Below are positions 49,341 through 60,349 of a DNA stretch of 64,000 bases, piece by piece. Position 1 is the stretch's first letter; each line of letters begins with the position of its first letter. Origin of the DNA: Macrostomum lignano (Eukaryota). The stretch lies in NCBI GenBank assembly GCA_002269645.1, contig NIVC01001900.1, positions 62,001-126,000 on the forward strand. Reading direction: 5' to 3'. The notes beneath the pieces were generated by a model. The model was given only the letters and a program-made list of their open reading frames with translations, searched no databases and was not told where the DNA came from. The position numbers and the translations under genes were made by a program.

Positions 49341-49735
49341 GCTCCGACCTCATAAATCTTGATGGCCTGTCAAAATGATGAGAAAAAAGCTATCATTCGC
49401 ATCCCCTCAGGCCATCTGGCGCCCGCCTCAACACTGAGCGATGCGCAGGTGGTTGTCAGACCAGCTTCGAAAGCGATGATTTATGACCCAAAAAGCTGCG
49501 CCTATGTTATTATGACTACTAGTATGACCAAACATTATATCTAGTATAGATTCTATGACAATTCGCAGAAAAAGGATAAAAATGCCCATTGCTCACTGTT
49601 AGTAGGCTAGTAAGTTTAGAGCCCATGTGCTAGCGCGGGATTTGGGAAAAAGTGTGTCCTCATCAATAGCTTTATGTTACTACTTTTAGTAGGCGACTAT
49701 GTTTGGTGATCTCTACATGGAGTACATGTATCGGA

Positions 49736-49835
49736 AACACGACTTTGCCATGGCATTTGCACATTCTGGAGATGAGGCGGAGGCTGGAAGGAGGAGGGGA
49801 GCGGCGGTTTTCATGGGTGCAAACTGCAGTGCACT
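49736..49835. repeat. Duplicated block C (paralogue at ~53346-53452)
   Basis: AACACGACTTTGCCATGG(C/A)ATTTGCACATTCTGGAGATGAGGC...GGAGCGGCGGTTTTCATGGGTGC present in both copies. Confidence 0.85.
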
Positions 49836-51631
49836 AATTACGTACTGGTATATCTGGGAGTACATGTACGACGTTTGCTTGCGGGAAGTTTGCTTGCCGA
49901 AATCAAGGACCACTAGAAGTTACCGTTGTAACTCTTAAATATTGTAAAATTATTTGAAGGCCCTCTTGTTTGCATGTACGAGCTATTTATCGGTACTTGC
50001 CTTCAAAAAAGCATCTACTCGACTTGAGTCGACTGTTTTAAAGAAGCATGCACTACATTTGAGCCTCAGAAGCTTCATATGTATGTATTTATAGTTTTTT
50101 TAGGCTGTAATCCAGATATTTTGAGTAATTATCATTATATGCAACTCGTTTTTAATATTTCCTAAGGTTTTATGCAGACAGCAGATACTGCTAGTAATAG
50201 TACTACGAATTCAACAAAGCTTGAGAAAAGGATCAGAAGGGATTCTTACTAACTGAATCCTTATCCTGATTTTGATAATACTGTTTTTTGATAGTGAAGT
50301 GACGCCTTTGCAACCTACTGAACTCTGTACAGATTATCCGCTTTATAAAGCTTCCAAACTACAGAGTATGTTGTATGGTCTGCTACTTTATCGAGACTAG
50401 GAAGCAATGGTTAAAACTTAAACTTCTATTCATTTTGACTGCAATGAAGTATTGCCTATTGCCGTTACTTAACTGTACACCCGCCGCTCCTACATGTAGA
50501 TATAGCGCCAAACTTTGCTTCATGTTAAAGACAACAAAATTTCGAGCAACCTGGCAAAAAATTATCTTTCTAAGTGCAACCAGTCCGGAGTTATGACTTG
50601 TGGAATTGTGGAATTTTGATGTCTGCTTCGTAGAAATTGGCAATCATAATTGCAAGGTTTTAACTTGCCGAATTATTTTCTTGTTTGCTTGCTTGCTTTG
50701 ATTGCTTGTAAAGTTGGTCAGTCAATTATTACTTACTACAGATGCTTTGCAAGTGGATTCTTATCAGGGTCGACGTAAACTGACTTGACACTGAGCTTTG
50801 AAACTAGGCTTGCAGAGTGCATTGGGAGTGCATTGCCAACCAATGAAACTGCTCAAACAAGCAGAAGCTGTGGATGGGAGCCCAGTTTCACCCAATAGAA
50901 AGCAGCAATGTGCATTGGAAATCTTCCAATGCTAGAGACTGAAGAATGCTGCAAAACCACAGGTTAAACAATCAAGAAGCTCCAGCCTCTCGCACTCGCA
51001 CCTGCACTAAATACTCTCCGACCTGAGCAGACGGTCTCAGAAAACAGCCGAACTACTCGCAGTGAGCAAATTAACCCAGCTGATCCTAGCAAAGGGCACC
51101 CTCCACTCCACACATCAGATGGAAATGTCGGTTCGCCCTGACAGCAGAACCTCAGAGCGAGCAAAAATATTCGAAACTCCTGACTTGGAGTGGCTGTCTT
51201 TGCACTGCACTCTCTGCTGTAAGCCAGCATCACTGTGGTGACACCATCAAATGCATCGGACTGTGAGTCACCCTTGTGACTGCATCAACAGGAAAAGTCG
51301 GTTGAGTAGCTGACTCAGTGATTTGGCTCTGACACAGACAGTCACTATAGTGAGAGTCCCTGACGCCGAGATATTGAAATATCCTCGTATTTATTCACTC
51401 GCTGCAGACTCATCGCTCGCTTCTGTATTGCATTATCCTCAATGGGTCACTGCTTTGCGTTCGATATGCATGAGCACAGGTGTTTTTAGCTGGGAAATTA
51501 TTGTTTAAATTTAAGTGCTTTGGACAGTTGAAATTGATGACACAATTGAGTGTACATGCAAAAAGTCAATTTTCATGTACATTTATTACTCATCCTTTTT
51601 TGGTAACACGTGACAGCAAGTGGGTTTCACA

Positions 51632-52330
51632 GTAAAAGGGGTTCATAGTGTCTGGGTTTCACAGTGAATGGGGTTCATATTATCTGGGTTTCACAGTGAA
51701 TGGGGTTCATATTATCTGGGTTTCACAGTGAATGGGGTTCATATTATCTGGGTTTCACAGTGAATGGGGTTCATATTATCTGGGTTTCACAGTGAATGGG
51801 TTTCAGAGGGACTAGGTTTCACAGTGAAAGTGGTTCGTAGTGTCTGAGTTTCACAGTGAATGGGTTTCAGAGGAACTGGGTTTCACAGTGAAAGTGGTTC
51901 ATAGTGTCTGAGTTTCACAGTGAATGGGTTTCAGAGGAACTGGGTTTCACAGTGAATGGGTTTCAGAGGGATTAGGTTTCACAGTGAATGGGTTTCAGAG
52001 GGACTGGGTTTCACAGTGAATGGGTTTCATAGGGACTGGGTTTCACAGTGAATGGGTTTCAGAGGGACAGGTTTTCACAGTGAATAGGTTTCAGAGGGAC
52101 TGGGTTTCACAGTGAATGGGTTTCAGAGGGACAGGGTTTCACAGTGAATGGGTTTCAGAGGGACTGGCTTTCACAGTGAATGGGTTTCAGAGGGACAGGG
52201 TTTCACAGTGAATAGGTTTCAGAGGGACAGGGTTTCACAGTGAATGGGTTTCAGAGGGACTGGGTTTCACAGTGAATAGGTTTCAGAGTGACTGGGTTTC
52301 ACAGTGAATAGGTTTCAGAGTGACTGGATT
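51632..52330. repeat. 32-bp minisatellite (TGGGTTTCACAGTGAATGGGTTTCAGAGGGAC)n, ~21 copies, with a polar variant gradient
   Basis: Direct tandem repeat. Confidence 0.95.
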
Positions 52331-52355
52331 TTAATCAAAGAAAAGGGGGAAGATT

Positions 52356-53115
52356 ACGGAGATCTGGGCAGTCAAGAAAAGGACAGAATGGTTCATTCTT
52401 AAGCGAGCTCAATTTCTTAAGGAAAATGTCAGCTTTGGCCCTGGCATGGAGGTCAGGGGTGAGTCGAACCCGGGCCAGTTCGGAAGAAATGGATGAAATT
52501 CTGCTAGGGCCTGACACGCGAATAACGTGCGGCCTTGACCTGTCCTTGACCGGCGTCGTTAAGCCAGCAAATGACGTCACCTGCCTAGCAGCGCTGTGAT
52601 TGGCTAGATTAAATAGGGAGGGGTTGCGCAACAAGTCACGTGACAATTAATGGGAACAGCTTACAATGATCTAATCAAAATGCTGCTTCAGAACAAAAAA
52701 CGGAGTTGAGGGTGAGCGAAAAGCACTGGGTGGGTGTAAGTGGTGGGTTATCGGTGAGTAATCGGGGAAAAGGTCACGGGATCCCAGAGCCGGGACCATG
52801 CATAGCAACTGTGGTAAGGTTGCCAACCAGACATGACAGCAGCTGATTGATGGAATCTCGGGAGCAGAGGCAAAGTCAGAATTTTTCATTGGTTGAAACG
52901 CCAAGTTTTATTTGTAGGGAGCTGAATCTGGTACAAATTAATAAAGTGACCAATAAATATGAAAATCAATTTTAAACATAAGCAAAAAGAGGTACAATCT
53001 GCTTTCAAAATATCTATGATATCCTTTTTCTACTGGAACAATCGTGGGGTGAGGGGGATCTCGGGAGGGGGGGGGGGTAAGGAACGCGTGCTTATCGTTA
53101 TCGTACGGATGACAT
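52356..53115. repeat. Repeat block B, copy 2
   Basis: Colinear similarity to 42916-43560. Confidence 0.9.
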
Positions 53116-53330
53116 AAATACGCGAGAGTTACATAAATACGCCAGAGTGACATAAATACGCCAGAGTGACATAAATACGCCAGAGTGACATAAATACGCC
53201 AGAGTGACATAAATACGCCAGAGTGACATAAATACGCCAGAGTGACATAAATACGCCAGAGTGACATAAATACGCCAGAGTGACATAAATACGCCAGAGT
53301 GACATAAATACGCCAGAGTGACATAAATAG
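53110..53330. repeat. 19-bp near-perfect minisatellite (GAGTGACATAAATACGCCA)n, ~11 copies
   Basis: Direct tandem repeat. Confidence 0.95.
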
Positions 53331-53529
53331 TGAATTATTATAGGGAACACGACTTTGCCATGGAATTTGCACATTCTGGAGATGAGGCAGCTCGGGTGGA
53401 GGCTGGATGGAGGGGAGCGGCGGTTTTCATGGGTGCCAACTGTAATGCACTTATTAAATATATTTTCATGTAGGAATCGAACCCAGGACCGCAGCTGTGT
53501 GCTTTTTCTGAGTTGACAAGTCTGATGTC

Positions 53530-54390
53530 AAAGTTTAGTGAACAGCGGCTCACCGCCAGCTCACAAGTGAAGCGGATTCGCCAACGTGAACACTCGATTT
53601 CTCCTAGACACTCAACAATACAACATTTTTGCTTCTGCCCTGCTCAGGCAGATTCGGTCAATGTTCATCGACATTTCTGCACAAATGATGCATGTTCAGA
53701 AAATTTATTATTAGGAAATCTCGCCAATAATTTCAAACTTCAGCAAGGCAGTCAGGATCCCAAAACACAAATTAATGGTATGAGGGTGCAACTCATCTCT
53801 GAGTCGTCTGTCATACTCATTCCCAGCTGTGCAACCCGCACAGGGGCTTCATTGTGCATTCTGACAGCCTGACATTCACTGTCATTATTGGGGCACCGAA
53901 ATCCAATATTAGCTAATTCTCATTCTAATTATCAATTCTGCTGGGCAGAATTCGCACCTGGCTAGGCGATGTGACTATGCGCCTGTCTCTCTCTCCCACT
54001 CACTCTACTTCTCTGCCTGCCTGTGTTTACCATGGCTTGCTTTGTTTTTAATGAAATAAAATGCAATTAAATTTGTATGCCATGAAAAAAATTTATGATG
54101 CACCTGCTTAAAGTACTGATTAAAATAAAAGCAATTTATCTGCTTCTGCAGAAACATTTTGTCATTTCTTGGCGACTATCGAATAAAAAATTCTCATCTG
54201 CACAGGTCATTCTTCAATCATTGCTTAGCCTTCAAATATTTTGTAGTAAACACACGCAATGATGTCCTGTCCGTGTACTTTAGTCGTCCTTGGTCCCATT
54301 GCAAGTCTTCGGGGTGACAAATTCTAGTCAGGTGGGGAACTCAGGTGAGTCTGGCATGCAGCAAGCACAGCATGCAGAATTCAAGTCGGG
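53530..54390. repeat. Duplicated block D, copy 1 (paralogue 58760-59850); possibly a degenerate multi-exon gene
   Basis: Colinear matches such as ACACAAATTAATGGTATGAG(G/A)GTGCAACTCATCTCTGA and TAGTCGTCCTTGGTCCCA...GAACTCAGGTGAGTCTGGCATGCAGCAA. Confidence 0.85.
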
Positions 54391-55469
54391 AAATGCAATT
54401 TGCACACCAAGACTGCATCTTAATGAAGTTAATGCAACTGTGGTGTGTGCTGCTTGTGCTAAAACTGCTGCTAAATCTGCTGCTCAAACTGCTGCTCAAA
54501 CTGCTGCTGCATCTGGTAGCAAGATTCGAATTCGGGACCTCTGGCCCTGTAAATGTAGTTGGGTTCGAGCTCGGGACCTCTGGCCCTGCTGTATGACTCT
54601 GTGCCTTTCAGGGCGGCTCTCATGGGTGCAAATTGAAGTGCCCTAATTACATGGAATTACAGGTAGGAATCGAACCCAGGACCCCTGATGCCAGTTCCAT
54701 GCTTTCATGAGTGACCAGTTTGATGTCTTCCATTGGTTCGCAGCCACTCTCACAAGTCCTCAAGTGTTCTCAGCAAATGCTCTGAGCACATGCGGGATGT
54801 CTGTGCAAGTGTGCTCACAGAATTTAGAAGTCTGCAAGAATGGGCCGCATCCATAAAATGAATTCAAGATAAAAAGAACGCCAAAGCGAGGTGAGGTTGG
54901 TCTAGAAGTGCAAAAAGTAGAAGGGAAAGATAAGACGCTTAAACAGGACGATTAGAGGTCAGTAGGGGGGACGTGAGAATTTAACAACCACCCTCCATTC
55001 CAGATCCCAAGCCGAGCGAGATGACGTCATCAATGTCAGCCGAGGCACCAGGCAGAGGCAGTCGGTGCCGTGTCAGGACGAACAAATCAAGACGGCAAGA
55101 TGCCATGCAAAACAGGCGATGACCAACCTGGCAACCGAAGGTCGGACCGGCGGTTAAGGATCAGAAAAATGGACTCCAGACTGACGTCACCTAACCTGGC
55201 TAAAATCATGTAGCTGACATCAAATCATCCATCTCGCCCCGCAGCAACCCGCTTGTTTAAAACAGACTGACTCGGCTCCCAAGTAGAAGTAGCACCTGTC
55301 GCTTTTGCTGGAACTCTGCCCAGTAGTCCTGCGAATACTCTGCAAAGTTCACTCATTGATTTGTGCTAAAGGCACGGAGGTATTTCAATCTCCATTGTAA
55401 GCCTTTTGACCTACGGTTAGAAAATTAGAGCGCATAAAAACCGCCAGACGAGATTCGAATATCGGTAGT

Positions 55470-56103
55470 GAGTGTTCACAGAGATCTCGGAGTGTTCACG
55501 GAGATCTCGGAGTGTTCACGGAGATCTCGGAGTGTTCACGGAGATCTCGGAGTGTTCACGGAGATCTCGGAGTGTTCACGGAGATCTCGGAGTGTTCACG
55601 GAGATCTCGGAGTGTTCACGGAGATCTCGGAGTGTTCACGGAGATCTCGGAGTGTTCACGGAGATCTCGGAGTGTTCACGGAGATCTCGGAGTGTTCACG
55701 GAGATCTCGGAGTGTTCACGGAGATCTCGGAGTGTTCACGGAGATCTCGGGGTGTTCACGGAGATCTCGGGGTGTTCACGGAGATCTCGGGGTGTTCACG
55801 GAGATCTCGGAGTGTTCACGGAGATCTCGGAGTGTTCACGGAGATCTCGGAGTGTTCATGGAGATCTCGGAGTGTTCACGGAGATCTCGGGATGCTCACG
55901 GAGATCTCGGAGTGTTCATGGAGATCTCGGAGTGTTCACGGAGATCTCGGAGTGTTCATAGAGATTTCAGGGTATTCACGGAGATCTCGGGGTGTTCATG
56001 GAGATCTCAGGGTATTCACGGAGATCTCGGGGTGTTCATGGAGATCTCGGGGTGTTCACGGATAGCTCAGGGTGTTCACGGAGATCTCGGGGTGTTCACG
56101 GAG
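55470..56103. repeat. 20-bp minisatellite (GAGATCTCGGAGTGTTCACG)n, ~31 copies
   Basis: Direct tandem repeat, homogeneous on the left and diverged on the right. Confidence 0.95.
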
Positions 56104-56704
56104 ACGTGTTTACGGCACATGCGAGCATGTAGGGCCACACCTGTTCTAAGTTGGGGTCAGGCATGGGAGAAATACCACAGAGACCAGGAGTTGTGCTGGT
56201 GAAGAAGGCTAAGCAGTCAAATAATTAAAGGTCCTAAGTTCGACCGAACTCAGCTCACAGAGTGTGATCAGGTTGTGCAGAGCCACCAATTGGTGAGTTT
56301 GTGCTCAAATTTAAGATAAGCAGCTGCACAGAGCTTTGAGTCTGTGTGCGGTCGAATCACCTTTATCTGTGTGCATTGAGGCTTTGCTGGCTACCTGACT
56401 GTCCCGCGGTTTGGTAACCATGGCAACTGCTGATAGCGCCGCTGCTGGGCTCAGATTTGAGTTATATCAACAACTGTGGCTCTGTTAAGACCTCACTTTA
56501 GAGACTGCAAAAGCCCAGCGCTTCACCCTGACTTTGCGAAATTGCAGAAGGTGAGCTGGTTATTATCTGAATTCTGTTCTCTTTTATTCCAAATCTCACC
56601 ATTTCTGTGCAGGACATTCTTGACTGTTTGTTCCCACCTGACCTGAGTCTCCCACCTGACCTGAGTCTCCCACCTGACCTGAGTCTCCCATCTGACCTGA
56701 GTCT

Positions 56705-57140
56705 ATACCAACTGATGGCAGCAGCTTACGGAGTCGGATCAAAGTGCTGATTCAGAACAAAAAACGAGTTTAAGGATAGCCCAAAAGGAGTGGGGTGGGT
56801 GTACGTTGAGTCATCAATGATAAATCGAGGAAAAGGGACTTGGGATCCGAAAGTCGGTACCATGGAAGGTCGCGCGTAAAAGTGGGGACTTTTAACATTA
56901 AAAATTAGTGAGTGGCTGCAAAAACAGCTGCTGCATTACGAACTAAGGAGCTTTAACTGCCTAATTCATGCTGCATAGCGACTGCGGCATGATTGCCAAT
57001 CAGACATGCTGCATAGCAACTGTGGCATGATTGCCAATCAGACATGCTGCATAGCGACTGTGGCATGATTGCCAATCAGACATGCTGCATAGCAACTGTG
57101 GCATGATTGCCGATCAGACATGACAGCAGCTGATTGATGG
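56705..57140. repeat. Repeat block B, partial copy 3, containing a 38-bp x4 internal expansion (~56965-57125)
   Basis: Shares TGCTGATTCAGAACAAAAAACG and ATGACAGCAGCTGATTGATGGAAT with copies 1 and 2. Confidence 0.8.
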
Positions 57141-57300
57141 AATTGCTCACAGAATTCATGCCTGCTGCTCTCAGTGACCAGAGAGCCCACAGAATTCATT
57201 CCAAGCAAAAGCAAAAAGCAAAAGCAAGTAAGCAAAAGACAAAATCTTGTTCTTATTGAGTGATGCAGAATGGAGAACTGAAGCTGAACGAGAAAAATGG

Positions 57301-58770
57301 CACCGAGGACTGGCAGGAGGGGCGGCACTGAGGACTGGGAGGATGGGCGGCACTGAGGACTGGCAGGAGGGGGCGGCACTGAGGACTGGCAGGAGGGGCG
57401 GCACTGAGGACTGGGAGGAGGGGCGGCACTGAGGACTGGCAGGAGAGGCGGCACTGAGGACTGGGAGGAGGGGCGGCACTGAGGACTGGGAGGAGGGGCG
57501 GCACTGAGGACTGGGAGGAGGGGCGGCACTGAGGACTGGGAGGAGGGGCGGCACTGAGGACTTTGAGGAGGGGCGGCACTGAGGACTGGGAGGAGGGGCG
57601 GCACTGAGGACTGGCAGGAGGGGCGGCACTGAGGACTGGGAGGAGGGGCGGCACTGAGGACTGGGAGGAGGGGAGGCACTGAGGACTGGCAGGAGGAGGG
57701 GAGGCACTGAGGACTGGCAGGAGGGGCGGCACTGAGGACTGGGAGGAGGGGCGGCACTGAGGACTGGGAGGAGGGGCGGCACTGAGGACTGGGAGGAGGG
57801 GCGGCACTGAGGACTGGGAGGAGGGGCGGCACTGAGGACTGGGAGGAGGGGCGGCACTGAGGACTGGGAGGAGGGGCGGCACTGAGGACTGGCAGGAGGG
57901 GCGGCACTGAGGACTGGGAGGAGGGGCGGCACTGAGGACTGGGAGGAGGGGAGGCACTGAGGACTGGCAGGAGGAGGGGAGGCACTGAGGACTGGCAGGA
58001 GGGGCGGCACTGAGGACTGGCAGGAGGGGCGGCACTGAGGACTGGGAGGAGGGGCGGCACTGAGGACTGGGAGGAGGGGCGGCACTGAGGACTGGCAGGA
58101 GGGGCGGCACTGAGGACTGGGAGGAGGGGCGGCACTGAGGACTGGGAGGAGGGCGGCACTGAGGACTGGGAGGAGGGGCGGCACTGAGGACTGGCAGGAG
58201 GGGCGGCACTGAGGACTGGGAGGAGGGGCGGCACTGAGGACTGGGAGGAGGGGCGGCACTGAGGACTGGCAGGAGGGGCGGCACTGAGGACTGGGAGGAG
58301 GGGCGGCACTGAGGACTGGGAGGAGGGGCGGCACTGAGGACTGGCAGGAGGGGCGGCACTGAGGACTGGGAGGAGGGGCGGCACTGAGGACTGGCAGGAG
58401 GAGGGGCGGCACTGAGGACTGGGAGGAGGAGGGGTGGCACTGAGGACTGGGAGGAGGGGCGGCACTGAGGACTGGGAGGAGGGGCGGCACTGAGGACTGG
58501 CAGGAGGGGCGGCACTGAGGACTGGCAGGAGGGGGCGGCACTGAGGACTGGCAGGAGGAGGGGCGGCACTGAGGACTGGGAGGAGGGGCGGCACTGAGGA
58601 CTGGGAGGAGGGGAGGCACTGAGGACTGGCAGGAGGGGCGGCACCGAGGACTGGCAGGAGGGGGGCGGCACTGAGGACTGGGAGGAGGGGAGGCACTGAG
58701 GACTGGCAGGAGGAGGGGAGGCACTGAGGACTGGGAGGAGGGGCGGCACTGAGGACTGGGAGGAGGGGGC
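57301..58770. repeat. G-rich, purine-skewed 25-30-bp minisatellite (GGCGGCACTGAGGACTGG[G/C]AGGAGG)n, ~55 copies
   Basis: Direct tandem repeat. Confidence 0.95.
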
Positions 58771-59850
58771 GGCTCACCCCCAGCTCACAAGTGCTGCAAA
58801 TTTGACTGTGAGAACATTCGATCCCGGCTGAGCAACTCAACAATACAAAATGCTCGCTTTTGCTCTGCTCAGTGCAGTTTCGGTCAATGTTTACTGAAAT
58901 TTCTGCAAAAATAGAAATTACTGCTGTCATAGTTTGAATTTGCCTGAATTCAGCCAATTTATTATTTGCTAAGTTCGCTAAAAGTTTTGAACTTCCGGCA
59001 AAGACAGACAGGATCCAAAGAACACAAATTAATGGTATGAGAGTGCAACTCATCTCTGAATCATCTGTCATATTCATTGCCAGCTGTGCACCCCATGCGT
59101 GGGTCATTGTGCATTCTGACAGCCTGACATTCACTGCCACTGGGGCACTGAATTCCAATGAACAAATTCTCATCAGCGGTTGCTGTGAAGAATTCGCACC
59201 TGGTAGGTGATTTGATTCGCTTGGCTGTCTACTTTCTCTCTCTACTTCTCTGCCTACCATCTGACCCTGAGCACACGTTGGTGGTGAGTTCTCGCCACCG
59301 ATTTCCAGCTCACTAAACTGCGAGTCACTTTTGTGTGCGACTGCAGTCTCAGTGCTGAGTTGCCTCTGTGACTGACAGTTGGTGCCTGGATCCACTTGAG
59401 ACAGCTGGTTTCTTAGAAATTATTTGAAGGCCTGCCTTGTGTAAAAATATGCATATGAAAAATGCATCCACATATAGCTTTGCATGCGACTGCAGAATCA
59501 AATGCTTGTGTTGAACGTGGCTTGCTGTTTTTGTAGTGAAATTAAACCCAATTAAATATGTACACCATTAAATCATAAAGCTGCTTATAAATGACTGATA
59601 AACCCGAAAGTTTATCTGCTTCTATAAAAAGATTTTGATGACCCTCAAATCAATAGTTTTCCTCATTTCCGCTCTTCATTTTTCACTCATAGCCAGCCTT
59701 CAAATATTTTCTAGGAAACACACGCAATGATTTCCCGTCCATATACTTTTAGTCGTCCTTGGTCCCACTGCAAGTCTGCGGGGTGACAAATTCCAGTCAG
59801 GTGACGAACTCAGGTGAGTCTGGCATGCAGCAAACACTGAATGCAGAGTT
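58760..59850. repeat. Duplicated block D, copy 2
   Basis: Colinear similarity to 53530-54390. Confidence 0.85.
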
Positions 59851-60349
59851 CAAGCAAGGACCACTAGAAATTAGCTATAGAAGGCCAGTGTAATGGGCAT
59901 ACAGGCCTAAGAAGAAAAGTATAAGCTGTTTATGGCAAGTTGGGATGCAATGCAAAAATAAAAATATTGATTAGTGCATTTAAAATAATATATAATGCAG
60001 CTAGTAGCAGAAAGAAACGAGAAACTGCTTGTTTTTGCTTCATTTTTGCACGATCAAAATGCGCGTGCTATGCTGTAACAGGCCTTTTAAACTTCGACGA
60101 GTGTTACGTCCTTGTAGTCTAGAAGTCCTTGCATATTTCTTAGGCATCGCCAGTCCATTTAGCACTCTGGAAAAACGGTGTTTCAGTGCTTTAAATTGCT
60201 CGAAAAAAGACCATTGTGGTTATGAAGGTCTTCTTCTGCAGCCAACGCGCGGCAGACAAATTCAGTTTAAAAAACCAAACTTTTTGAGAACATGTACTGA
60301 GAATATTAATTAAAAAATTATAAACATGTTTAACGTGGCCAATCCTTCT

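Noticed and set aside
53470-54745. tRNA genes suggested by GGTTCGATTCC B-box motifs on the minus strand (~53472, ~54663)
   Set aside because: No cloverleaf; at most SINE-derived heads.
54840-55465. Second solo-LTR candidate (CRE motifs, promoter-like)
   Set aside because: No TG...CA boundaries with a TSD could be defined.
57038-58770. Pro/Ser-rich 500-785-aa ORFs (extensin or mucin-like)
   Set aside because: All three minus-strand frames are open because the repeat lacks stop codons.
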